From contig NZ_DKGQ01000020.1 in NCBI RefSeq assembly GCF_002453355.1, positions 2,613 through 66,612 of the forward strand: a stretch of DNA of 64,000 nt, given 5' to 3'. The stretch comes from Psychrobacter sp. UBA6766. Lineage in GTDB: Bacteria > Pseudomonadota > Gammaproteobacteria > Pseudomonadales > Moraxellaceae. The translations under genes were made by a program, and so were the position numbers. The notes under the pieces are model-generated. The model saw only the letters and a list, made by a program, of their open reading frames with translations, was not told the origin of the DNA and searched no databases. Shown here piece after piece: positions 45,904 to 54,807 of this stretch (position 1 is its first letter; every line of letters starts with the position of its first letter).

Positions 45904-46701
45904 ATGAGTACAGAAAATATGCAAATCATACTCACTTATAGTGATATTGCGCTTGCCAGTAGTTTGATTGTTATTGTGCTAATCGTATCATGGTATTTGC
46001 GTTTAAAACTGACCAAAACCCTTATCATCGCGTCTATTCGTACCGTCGTACAGCTAAGTTTCATTGGTCTCATCTTGGCATGGATTTTCGCTCGCGAACA
46101 ATGGTACGAAGTTCTTGTTATTTTGACCATCATGACCTTGATTGCGGGTAGTGCTGCCAAAAATCGCGTCAAGCGTACCTATAAAGGCTTATTGGTTGAT
46201 ACGCTGATCGCTGTCGGTACCTCAGCGGTGCTAGTTACCATCATCGCCATCAGTCTTATTTTACAAGTACAACCTTGGTATACGCCGCAATTCATCATTC
46301 CTATATTAGGTTTAATACTCGGTAACTCTTTAACCGCCATCTCATTGACCAGCAATCAGCTGATTGAAAGCTTTCATGCGCAGCAAGGACAAATCGAGAT
46401 GATGTTGAGCCTATCTGCCAGACCATTTGAAGCTGTCCATGAACAGATACGTGCTGCTATTATCAATGGTATGACACCCACGCTCAACTCTATGCTGGTG
46501 GTCGGCATCGTCAGCTTACCAGGAATGATGACGGGGCAAATACTTGCTGGCGCTGACCCTACCAAAGCCGTACACTATCAAATTGTCACCATGTTTCTCA
46601 TCTGTGTAAGCAGCACCCTTGGGTGTACGATAAGCGCCCTACTCATTCATCGTCGTTTTTTTAACCACAAACAGCAGTTCATCCTACCTTACTATGATTG
46701 A
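45904..46701 (+). CDS. ABC permease, FetB/YbbM (UPF0014) family, putative iron exporter
   Basis: It is a polytopic membrane protein. The ...IINGMTPTLNSMLVVGIVSLPGMMTGQILAG... region is typical of YbbM/FetB. Confidence 0.7.
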   Translation: MSTENMQIILTYSDIALASSLIVIVLIVSWYLRLKLTKTLIIASIRTVVQLSFIGLILAWIFAREQWYEVLVILTIMTLIAGSAAKNRVKRTYKGLLVDTLIAVGTSAVLVTIIAISLILQVQPWYTPQFIIPILGLILGNSLTAISLTSNQLIESFHAQQGQIEMMLSLSARPFEAVHEQIRAAIINGMTPTLNSMLVVGIVSLPGMMTGQILAGADPTKAVHYQIVTMFLICVSSTLGCTISALLIHRRFFNHKQQFILPYYD

Positions 46702-47040
46702 TACTCTTTTTTTTCTTATAGATAACTTTATTTAGCAGCGTTTTATATGTACTGGTCAGTACGCGCATGCTAATATTGCCTTTACTTGGATTCATGCTAA
46801 TGTATTGCTTAAATGTATCATTATATTGTTAATACATTATTTTTTAGTTGCAGTAAAATGGTCAAAAACCCTTACATTCGAGCGACACTTTTTAATATTG
46901 CAGTAAAGTATGCATTCAATTCTGACGCTTTTATCATTCACCAACACTAAACTAAAGCAACACTATTTAGCAGTCCGTCAATAGATAAGGACGTTATCGA
47001 ACTCAGCGGCAATTGTTTTACGTCAGCGCTGATTTTTTTA

Positions 47041-47046
47041 TTGACA
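47041..47046 (+). promoter_or_regulatory. candidate -35 hexamer TTGACA of the fadD copy 1 promoter, conserved in copy 2
   Basis: TTGACA lies 65 nt upstream of ATG 47106. The same hexamer in the same context (49526-49531) lies 64 nt upstream of ATG 49590. No convincing -10 could be fixed. Confidence 0.35.
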
Positions 47047-47105
47047 CGGATATGGCTGCTTAATAACAGAAATTTAACCTATATGAAATTTTAAGGACGC
47101 TGACT

Positions 47106-48803
47106 ATGATGCCGAATAAACCTTGGCTTGCAAATTATCCCAACGGTGTGCCTAAAACCATCAATCCTGATAGATATGGCAGCATCATGGAAATGTACGA
47201 AGAGAGTTTTGATCGCTTTCGTCTGCATCCAATGAGTATCTGTATGGGCGTGACTCATACTTACGATGACATTGATAAAGCCTCTCTTGCTGTCGCCGCT
47301 TGGCTGCAAGCGCAAGGATTGCCTCAAGGCAGCGTGGTTGCGCTCATGATGCCAAACGTGCCGCAATATCTGCCAACGATGATTGGTATTTTGCGGGCAG
47401 GTTACGTCTGCACGCCAGTCAATCCTCTCTATACTGGCCGCGAGCTACGTCATCAGCTAAATGACTCGGGTGCCAAGGTTATCTTTGTGGTTGATAATTT
47501 TGCTCAAGCGCTTGAGCAGGTCATTGATGAGACAGATATCAAACGTATCGTTTTATCAAAGATGGGTGACATGATGGGTCTAAAAGGTATTTTAGTAAAT
47601 ACCATTATCCGTCAAGTCAAACGCTTGGTGCCCAAATACAAGCTTAATGACCCGAAGCACGAAGTCACGAAGTTTCCAGATGTGCTTAAAAAAGGCAGGA
47701 GCCTCCCCTTCCAAAAGCCAAAAATGTCCTTGGATCAAAAGGCGTTTTTGCAATACACGGGTGGTACGACAGGACTGTCTAAAGGCGCGATTTTATCTCA
47801 GCGTAATATCGTCGCAGGAGCCATGCAATCAGAAGCTTGGACGCGCCCTATTACGTCAGAGATTAATGAAGTTTATATCAATATGGTCATGGCCCTACCG
47901 CTGTATCATATTTTTGCCTTTATGCTAAGCTCACTCGGTATGCGCTCAGGCTATACCTTTATCTTGATACCCAATCCACGTGATATCCCAGGATTTATCA
48001 AAACCTTATCAAAGCAGCCGTTTCATATTTTCCCAGCGGTGAATACCCTATTTAAAGGATTGCTCGATAATCCAGAATTTAAGAATCTAGATTTCAGCTC
48101 ACTGCGTATCTCACAAGCAGGCGGTATGGCGGCAACCGAACAAACGGCAGCTCGCTGGCTTGAAACCACTGGTTGCGCGATGATTGAAGGTTGGGGTATG
48201 ACAGAAGGCGTGGCTGTCGGCACTGCCAACGTTGTTACCGACCGTAAGTTTAACGGCACGATTGGCGTTCCAGTCCCTAGCGTTGATGTCATCATCATAG
48301 ATGAAGACGGCAATCGCGTCGGTGTCAATGAAGCGGGTGAAATGTGCGTTAAAGGTCCTAATGTGACCTCAGGCTATCTTAATAGAGACAGTAGCGACGA
48401 CTTTACTGAAGATGGCTACTTTCGCACTGGCGATATCGTCAGCATGGATGAAAAAGGCTACTTTAGACTGTTGGATCGTAAAAAAGACATGATTTTGGTC
48501 TCAGGCTTTAATGTCTTCCCGAATGAGATAGAGTCAGTCATGCTTGATTGCGAAGGGATTATTGATTGTGCTGTAATCGGTATTCCTGATGAACGTCAAG
48601 GTGAAGCGGTTAAAATCTATGTCATTCCTGCTGATAATAACGTCACCAAAAACTCAATCAAAGAATTTGCTCTAGACAATTTAACCGGCTATAAATGTCC
48701 ACGTCATATCGAGTTTGTCACTGAGCTACCAAAAAGTAACGTGGGTAAAGTTCTGCGCCAAAAACTGCGTGAAAAACATATCGCAGACAATCCACAGCTA
48801 TGA
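47106..48803 (+). CDS. fadD: long-chain-fatty-acid--CoA ligase, paralogue 1
   Basis: It has the AMP-binding motif LQYTGGTTGLSKGA, GWGMTE, YFRTGD and the C-terminal PKSNVGKVLR, with FadD-like length and N-terminus. Confidence 0.88.
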   Translation: MMPNKPWLANYPNGVPKTINPDRYGSIMEMYEESFDRFRLHPMSICMGVTHTYDDIDKASLAVAAWLQAQGLPQGSVVALMMPNVPQYLPTMIGILRAGYVCTPVNPLYTGRELRHQLNDSGAKVIFVVDNFAQALEQVIDETDIKRIVLSKMGDMMGLKGILVNTIIRQVKRLVPKYKLNDPKHEVTKFPDVLKKGRSLPFQKPKMSLDQKAFLQYTGGTTGLSKGAILSQRNIVAGAMQSEAWTRPITSEINEVYINMVMALPLYHIFAFMLSSLGMRSGYTFILIPNPRDIPGFIKTLSKQPFHIFPAVNTLFKGLLDNPEFKNLDFSSLRISQAGGMAATEQTAARWLETTGCAMIEGWGMTEGVAVGTANVVTDRKFNGTIGVPVPSVDVIIIDEDGNRVGVNEAGEMCVKGPNVTSGYLNRDSSDDFTEDGYFRTGDIVSMDEKGYFRLLDRKKDMILVSGFNVFPNEIESVMLDCEGIIDCAVIGIPDERQGEAVKIYVIPADNNVTKNSIKEFALDNLTGYKCPRHIEFVTELPKSNVGKVLRQKLREKHIADNPQL

Positions 48804-48841
48804 TCAACTCACAACTATAACCAGCGTAAATATCTACCCGC

Positions 48842-48877
48842 AAAAAGCGCTCTGCATAAATAGTAGAGCGCTTTTTT
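48842..48877 (+). terminator. rho-independent terminator after fadD copy 1
   Basis: AAAGCGCTCT-(11 nt)-AGAGCGCTTT followed by TTT. Confidence 0.8.
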
Positions 48878-48975
48878 AACAGCTCATAGTTTGATTTTGG
48901 TAAATTTCACCTTTTAATGACAGCGGTATTATTTATATAATTATTTTTAAGAAAAATTCATAAAACTGTATACAG

Positions 48976-49092
48976 TCAATCCACAATAAAACTGGAACAG
49001 CTCATATCATGGAACAGTTTAGGTAGATTATTCTCTATCCAACCTTGGCGTAGAAATTTTGCCTGTGCCCACTTCTTTTCAATGGGATTCAG
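48976..49092 (-). mobile_element. 3-prime remnant (about 38 codons + stop) of an IS630/Tc1-mariner-type DDE transposase gene
   Basis: Minus-strand translation gives LNPIEKKWAQAKFLRQGWIENNLPKLFHDMSCSSFIVD*. The (L/F)NPIE-x2-W-x3-K motif is the third catalytic-acid region of IS630-family transposases. There is no upstream continuation (stop at 49138-49140, no DDE N-terminal part). Confidence 0.5.
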
Positions 49093-49589
49093 ATTAGTAT
49101 AATTACTTATATTAGCTGTACTTACTTGTATTATTAACTACTTTTACCGCAAAAAACCTTTTATCTTATATCTTCAACCACTTATCGGATTTAACTTGCA
49201 ACATGATTTTTTCTTTTTAGCAAATTTATCTATAAACTGACAAGTTCTTGTATTAGAATAACGCGTTCAATTGCTCTTATGTTAATGTACTGCCAGAATT
49301 TGTTACGCTATTGTTTATTATTTTATATCGTTAGGCGGTATCGATAGTCCTCTCGATAGCTAGTCGTTTAATCTACTAAGAGATGTATTTTTGGTAGTTA
49401 AATATTTTTTAGCCAAATAATCTTGTAACTATACACATTTAGATAAAGGCCACCGTATTTTAGCAGTCTGTGAATGGATAGGATAACACTCGACAACTTG
49501 TCGCTTATAGGGCGATGGTGTATTGTTGACAAGGATGTGACTACTTTTTTATAGAACCTTAACTTATCGCAAATTTAAGGACGCTAAGT

Positions 49590-51290
49590 ATGACCACTGA
49601 TAAACCTTGGCTTGCTCAATACCCAGCAAACGTACCTAAAACCATCAATCCTGATCAGTATGAGAACCTCATAGACCTCTATGAAGAGTGCTTCGATCGC
49701 TTCCGTATGCATCCTATGACTATTTGTATGGGCGTGACTCATACTTATGGCGATGTGGATAAAGCCTCTCTTGCTGTGGCAGCATGGTTACAAGCTCAGG
49801 GCATTCCTAAAGGTAGCGTGGTTGCGCTTATGATGCCAAACGTACCGCAATATTTGCCGACGATGATTGGTATTTTACGTGCAGGCTACGTTTGTACTCC
49901 TATCAATCCTCTTTATACTGGTCGCGAGCTGCGCCATCAGTTAAATGATTCAGGTGCTCAGGTTATCTTTGTGGTTGATAATTTTGCCCAAGCGCTCGAG
50001 CAAGTAATCGAAGAGACAGACATCAAACGTATTGTCCTCTCAAAAATGGGCGATATGATGGGTCTAAAAGGTATTTTGGTCAATACCGTTATCCGTCAGG
50101 TCAAACGCTTAGTACCTAAGTACAATCTAAATGATCCTAAATATCATGTTACTAAATTTCCAGATGTGCTCAAAAAAGGTAAAAGCTTACCTTTCCAAGC
50201 ACTAAAAACGTCATTGCAACAAACCGCTATTCTACAATACACGGGTGGTACCACTGGCCTATCTAAAGGTTCGGTATTAACTCAGCGTAATGTCGTCGCG
50301 GCTGCCATGCAGTCAGAAGCGTGGTTTCGCCCTGTTACCTCAGAAATTAATGAGGTATATATCAATATGGTCATGGCACTGCCGCTATATCATATTTTTG
50401 CCTTTATGCTAACCCTACTTGGCATGCGTTCTGGTTACACTTTTATTTTGGTACCAAACCCGCGTGATATGCCTGGATTTATCAAAACCTTATCTAAGCA
50501 ACCGTTCCATATTTTCCCAGCAGTCAACACTTTATTTAAAGGCTTGCTTGATCAGCCAAATTTTAAAGACTTAGACTTTAGCTCTTTACGTCTTTCGCAA
50601 GCTGGCGGTATGGCAGCTACCGAACAGACGGCAGCGCGCTGGTTAGAAGTGACTGGCTGTCCGATGGTTGAAGGTTGGGGTATGACCGAATGTGTAGCAG
50701 TCGGTACCAATAATATCGTCACTGATCGCAAATTTAATGGTACGATTGGCACTCCTGGTCCAAGCGTCGATATCATCGTGGTCGATGAAGATGGTAAAGA
50801 GGTAGGCGTTAATCAGGCAGGCGAGATGTGTATTAAAGGTCCGAACGTCATGACGGGATATTTTAATAAAGACAGTAACAGTGACTTTACCGAAGATGGT
50901 TATTTCCGTACCGGCGATATCGTCAGCATGGATGAAAAAGGCTACTTTAGATTATTGGACCGTAAAAAAGATATGATTTTGGTCTCAGGGTTTAATGTCT
51001 TCCCGAATGAAATCGAGTCAGTCATGCTTGATTATAAAGGGATCGTTGAGTGTGCGGTGATCGGTATTCCTGACGACCGTCAAGGTGAAGCGGTGAAGAT
51101 TTATATCGTCCCTGCCGACAATAATGTCACTAAAGAAGACATCAAAGACTTTGCTATCGACAATTTGACCGGCTATAAATGCCCACGTCATATTGAGTTC
51201 GTAAGCGAGCTACCAAAAACCAATGTTGGTAAAATTCTACGCCAAAAATTGCGTGAAAAACATATGTCAGACAATCCACAAACGTTATAG
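49590..51290 (+). CDS. fadD: long-chain-fatty-acid--CoA ligase, paralogue 2
   Basis: It has the same motifs as copy 1 and is collinear over its full length, with most residues identical. Confidence 0.88.
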   Translation: MTTDKPWLAQYPANVPKTINPDQYENLIDLYEECFDRFRMHPMTICMGVTHTYGDVDKASLAVAAWLQAQGIPKGSVVALMMPNVPQYLPTMIGILRAGYVCTPINPLYTGRELRHQLNDSGAQVIFVVDNFAQALEQVIEETDIKRIVLSKMGDMMGLKGILVNTVIRQVKRLVPKYNLNDPKYHVTKFPDVLKKGKSLPFQALKTSLQQTAILQYTGGTTGLSKGSVLTQRNVVAAAMQSEAWFRPVTSEINEVYINMVMALPLYHIFAFMLTLLGMRSGYTFILVPNPRDMPGFIKTLSKQPFHIFPAVNTLFKGLLDQPNFKDLDFSSLRLSQAGGMAATEQTAARWLEVTGCPMVEGWGMTECVAVGTNNIVTDRKFNGTIGTPGPSVDIIVVDEDGKEVGVNQAGEMCIKGPNVMTGYFNKDSNSDFTEDGYFRTGDIVSMDEKGYFRLLDRKKDMILVSGFNVFPNEIESVMLDYKGIVECAVIGIPDDRQGEAVKIYIVPADNNVTKEDIKDFAIDNLTGYKCPRHIEFVSELPKTNVGKILRQKLREKHMSDNPQTL

Positions 51291-51320
51291 CTTCTATAAC
51301 TTTAAAGCTCAAAAAGTGAT

Positions 51321-51355
51321 AAAAGCCCGCTATGTAAAATGTAGCGGGCTTTTTG
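51321..51355. terminator. bidirectional rho-independent terminator (fadD copy 2 / SDR gene)
   Basis: AAAGCCCGCTA-(9 nt)-TAGCGGGCTTT followed by TT. Confidence 0.85.
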
Positions 51356-51402
51356 TTATGTTGCTTTTACTATTTCTGACATAAACAGCAAAACAACTGA
51401 TA

Positions 51403-52272
51403 TCAGCTGACTCTATTCACCACTTGTAATGGCAAATGCTTCATTGCTTGCCCAACAATTGACCAAGGCAGGCTTGGTACACAAGCTTCGTCTACCCCTG
51501 CCTCAATTGCCGCTACAATGGCCTTTGTACCTGTTTCGGCATCTACCTCGAACGGTAAAGGTTTAGCATTTTCATTGATTTCAGTACGCACATAACCTGG
51601 ATAAATAGTAGATACCTGAATTGGCAGTTTGGTTAATAGCATATCCGCACGAATGCCCTCTGCTAAGTGCGCCAAGCCCGCCTTACTTGCGCCGTAAGCG
51701 GTCAAATGCTTAGGTAAACCGCGCATCGCTGACATACTTGATATCACGACCAGATGACCATCATTTTGTGCACGGAAGATAGTCATCGCCGCTTCACATT
51801 GAGCGAGCGCTGAGATAAAATTAATCTCAACCGTTTTTCGATTCGTATCAAAGCGCCCTTTACCGATACGGCGACTATCACCAATACCTGCATTAACCAC
51901 CACGCGATCAATATGGCCAAAATCCGCCACGAAGGCATCAAATACTTCAAATATCGCATCATAATCGCTGACATCTAAGACGCGGTATTCAATGCGGATA
52001 TCAGGATACTGTGCTGCCAGCTCTGCTTGTAGGGCCTCTAAGCGTTCGGCTCGGCGGGCACAAATAGCCAAGTTATAGCCAAGTTTTGCAAACAATCGTG
52101 CCATGCCCTCGCCCAATCCTGAGCTGGCTCCAGTGATTAAAATGGTTTTACCACGACCCACCTGCTGCTTATCCAAACCTTTGAGATAACGCGCTGGCTG
52201 AATGGCGCTAACTAGCTGATTTTTACGTTGTTTAGCGCTGTTGGTGACTAAACCTATCAATGCATTTTTCAT
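51403..52272 (-). CDS. classical short-chain dehydrogenase/reductase (SDR)
   Basis: It has the cofactor motif ILITGASSGLGEGMA, NAG, and the catalytic S...YGASKAGL. Confidence 0.85.
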   Translation of the reverse strand: MKNALIGLVTNSAKQRKNQLVSAIQPARYLKGLDKQQVGRGKTILITGASSGLGEGMARLFAKLGYNLAICARRAERLEALQAELAAQYPDIRIEYRVLDVSDYDAIFEVFDAFVADFGHIDRVVVNAGIGDSRRIGKGRFDTNRKTVEINFISALAQCEAAMTIFRAQNDGHLVVISSMSAMRGLPKHLTAYGASKAGLAHLAEGIRADMLLTKLPIQVSTIYPGYVRTEINENAKPLPFEVDAETGTKAIVAAIEAGVDEACVPSLPWSIVGQAMKHLPLQVVNRVS

Positions 52273-52446
52273 AAACCTTCCTGTTGGTATCCATGTTTAG
52301 TAATAGTATGAGATAACGTCGATTGTCTATCATATCGCAAATCTATAGAGTGAGTTTAGCAGTTATACCGTAAACTAAACACTCAATCCATTTAAAGCGC
52401 CATAGTATTAAAGCTCTTAACGATGATGATTGCTGATTTTAAAGCC

Positions 52447-52481
52447 ATAAAAAGCGGTTACCTGTTTACAGTAACCGCTTT
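52447..52481 (-). terminator. rho-independent terminator after the histidine phosphatase gene (minus strand)
   Basis: An 11-bp stem AAAGCGGTTAC / GTAACCGCTTT has a T-run on the minus strand (plus-strand ATAAAAAGC). Confidence 0.75.
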
Positions 52482-52537
52482 GTCATAATTTTAATCGTCG
52501 TCTTAATTACAGCTTTAATATTTTGCTAGCGACTCTT

Positions 52538-53296
52538 TTATCGCCATGTCACAAAGCGTTTGCCATCAGCAAATAAATGACTGTATTCGTTTAAAGACAA
52601 CAGGCGACTACGTTCATTTTTAAGCGTCAGGGACGTAACGCCTGTATTAACCAAGCTTTTATTAATTTGATAGGCAGTAGAGCTGCCTTGTTGTAATAAC
52701 TGAGCGGTAATAGCAGCGATGATACCCCCTGAGGTGAAAACAAGCACCGTACTCTCACGGCCCAACTGTAACTTAGAAATCTGTAGACGTACTTGCTCAA
52801 GCGCTTGTTTTGCTCGTTCATTAAATTGCAGCCAGCTCTCGATATAGTCGCTGTCATTTTCACCCGCATGCCAGCGCTGCATTGCAGTGTCGAACAATTC
52901 TGCCAAACGCACTACTGGCACTTCTGCTTTAGCAATCTCAGCGGCAATTCCCACACGGCTACCAAAAGCAGGGTTCGATTTTATGAGAACATCTTTATGA
53001 TTAAACTCATCAAATTGTGGCAGTACATAGCTATCAGGGTCATTTAGATTGATAGCAGTCACGCTCGCCTTATCGCTATCGGTGCCAACAGATGACTGAT
53101 AACTTTTCCAAAAATGCCGTGCAGAGTCTTGCTGCCTGACTAAACTACCGGTAAAAATCGCATCGATTCGGCGTTGGGTCGTGGCATAGTGCTGACCCAG
53201 CATTTGCGCTTGAATACTGCCTAGCTCTGAGAGCTGATCATAATTCTCTTGCCCAAATGACGCTTGGCCATGACGGGCTAAAAGTATGGTTGTCAT
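52538..53296 (-). CDS. histidine phosphatase (phosphoglycerate-mutase-like) family protein
   Basis: It has the N-terminal catalytic RHG motif TILLARHGQASFG, and the length fits at 252 aa. Confidence 0.8.
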   Translation of the reverse strand: MTTILLARHGQASFGQENYDQLSELGSIQAQMLGQHYATTQRRIDAIFTGSLVRQQDSARHFWKSYQSSVGTDSDKASVTAINLNDPDSYVLPQFDEFNHKDVLIKSNPAFGSRVGIAAEIAKAEVPVVRLAELFDTAMQRWHAGENDSDYIESWLQFNERAKQALEQVRLQISKLQLGRESTVLVFTSGGIIAAITAQLLQQGSSTAYQINKSLVNTGVTSLTLKNERSRLLSLNEYSHLFADGKRFVTWR

Positions 53297-53363
53297 AAAA
53301 CATTGCCTTATTAATCGTATTTTTCTAATTTTTTAAACTTAATAACTTATGCATTTAGAACAT

Positions 53364-54647
53364 TTATTCTTCAGCTTTAGAGGTATTTTTTCCAAAATAG
53401 CTCTTTGGCAAAATGCCTTTAATAACCGTCTGAATCGGGCTTGGCAGTTGCTCAATCATGGCAGCATCGACACCCATGTCTTGCAGGTGCGGTTGCACGT
53501 GGCTCGTGAATAACGCTTCGCCTTCATATTGAGCAATCAGTTTTAGACATTTAGCATGCAAGACATGGACAATAATCCAAAAATTTTTAAAGGCTGGATT
53601 GGTGGTTTGTTTATTATAATAGCGATAATAAATCTGCTGCACGATACCGGCTAGGCGAAACAGACCAAACACTTCATAAAAGGTCCAGTTGTCTATCTTA
53701 AGGCCCGTCTTTTCAAGGTAATAGGCCACTACTTCATCGCGAGTCATCATACCTTTTAGATGGGTTGGCTGACGGCGTGATTGCTGCATGATAATGTTGT
53801 CATCTTTTTCAATCCAGTACGCTAAAGCGCTGCCTAAATCCATCAAAGGATCACCTAAGGTGGCCATTTCCCAATCGAGAACCCCAATGACTTTGGTTGG
53901 ATCGGCTGCATCTAAAATCACATTATCAAAACGCCAATCATTATGAATAAGGCAGGTTTTACTATCGGCAGGAGTGTGTTTACCAAGCCATTGTCTTACT
54001 AAGGCAAAGCTAGGCACATTGGGCGTTTTGGCTTTGACATAACGCTTATCCCAGCCCGTCACTTGGCGCTCGCAGTAGCCCTCGCCGCGACCTAAATTCA
54101 CCAAATCAGGATATTTGGTATAATCCACTTCATGCAATTCAATCAAGGCGTCGATGACATTGGTACATAACTCGCGTGTTTGCGCTTTGTTTAAATCGAC
54201 GCCTTTTGGCAAATTAGCCCGCGGAATGATGCCTTCCATACGCTCCATGACATAAAAGTCGGCTCCGATAACGTCTTCGTCAGTACACAGCGCAACCATT
54301 TTTGGCACGTACGGGTAAGCATCTTTTAAGGCTTCTTGTACGGTATACTCGCGAACCATGTCATGTGCCGATTTGGCTTTGGTACCCTTTGGCGGACGGC
54401 GTAAAATCAAATCTTGCTCTGTGCCCTCGCCGTTATATTGCAAACGATAGGTCCAGTTTGAAGCGCCACCGGAAAATTGCGTCACCGTTGGTTCGCCTTT
54501 TATATCAACGCCTTCCTCGCGTAGCCAGTCGCTGACCGCTTGGGCATCAAGCTCTTCGCCCTCGCGCACCTCGCCGCCTTTGTCCAAAACTTTATTTGGT
54601 GTTTGATTATCAGTAGCGCTGCTGTTGGCATGATGTTCAGTTGCCAT
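53364..54647 (-). CDS. APH/ChoK-fold phosphotransferase, ACAD10/11-N-terminal-like
   Basis: It has the Brenner-type catalytic loop CLIHNDWRFDNVIL and the metal-binding VLDWEMATLGDPLMDL. It is adjacent to a FadE2-class ACAD. Confidence 0.8.
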   Translation of the reverse strand: MATEHHANSSATDNQTPNKVLDKGGEVREGEELDAQAVSDWLREEGVDIKGEPTVTQFSGGASNWTYRLQYNGEGTEQDLILRRPPKGTKAKSAHDMVREYTVQEALKDAYPYVPKMVALCTDEDVIGADFYVMERMEGIIPRANLPKGVDLNKAQTRELCTNVIDALIELHEVDYTKYPDLVNLGRGEGYCERQVTGWDKRYVKAKTPNVPSFALVRQWLGKHTPADSKTCLIHNDWRFDNVILDAADPTKVIGVLDWEMATLGDPLMDLGSALAYWIEKDDNIIMQQSRRQPTHLKGMMTRDEVVAYYLEKTGLKIDNWTFYEVFGLFRLAGIVQQIYYRYYNKQTTNPAFKNFWIIVHVLHAKCLKLIAQYEGEALFTSHVQPHLQDMGVDAAMIEQLPSPIQTVIKGILPKSYFGKNTSKAEE

Positions 54648-54695
54648 AAGACATTCCTTATCGTGTGGTCATTGTTTTTATTACGGTTAAGATTT

Positions 54696-54731
54696 AAAAA
54701 TTCACTATCAAATAATCAATAGTGAATTTTT
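54696..54731. terminator. 13-bp perfect AT-rich hairpin between the ACAD and kinase genes (possible attenuator or partial terminator)
   Basis: AAAAATTCACTAT-(10 nt)-ATAGTGAATTTTT. Confidence 0.45.
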
Positions 54732-54807
54732 AGTTTTGGTTTGATTAAGCTAATTTTTTATTAAGTTAAAATGTTTAACCAATCTAAATTACGATTTAGC
54801 CGGCTTT

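Noticed and set aside
48965-48976. Perfect 12-bp palindrome ACTGTATACAGT, considered as a LexA/SOS box.
   Set aside because: The gammaproteobacterial SOS box is CTGT-N8-ACAG (16 bp), whereas here the spacing is N2. It is more economically explained as part of the IS630-remnant end. It is kept only as a note in that finding.
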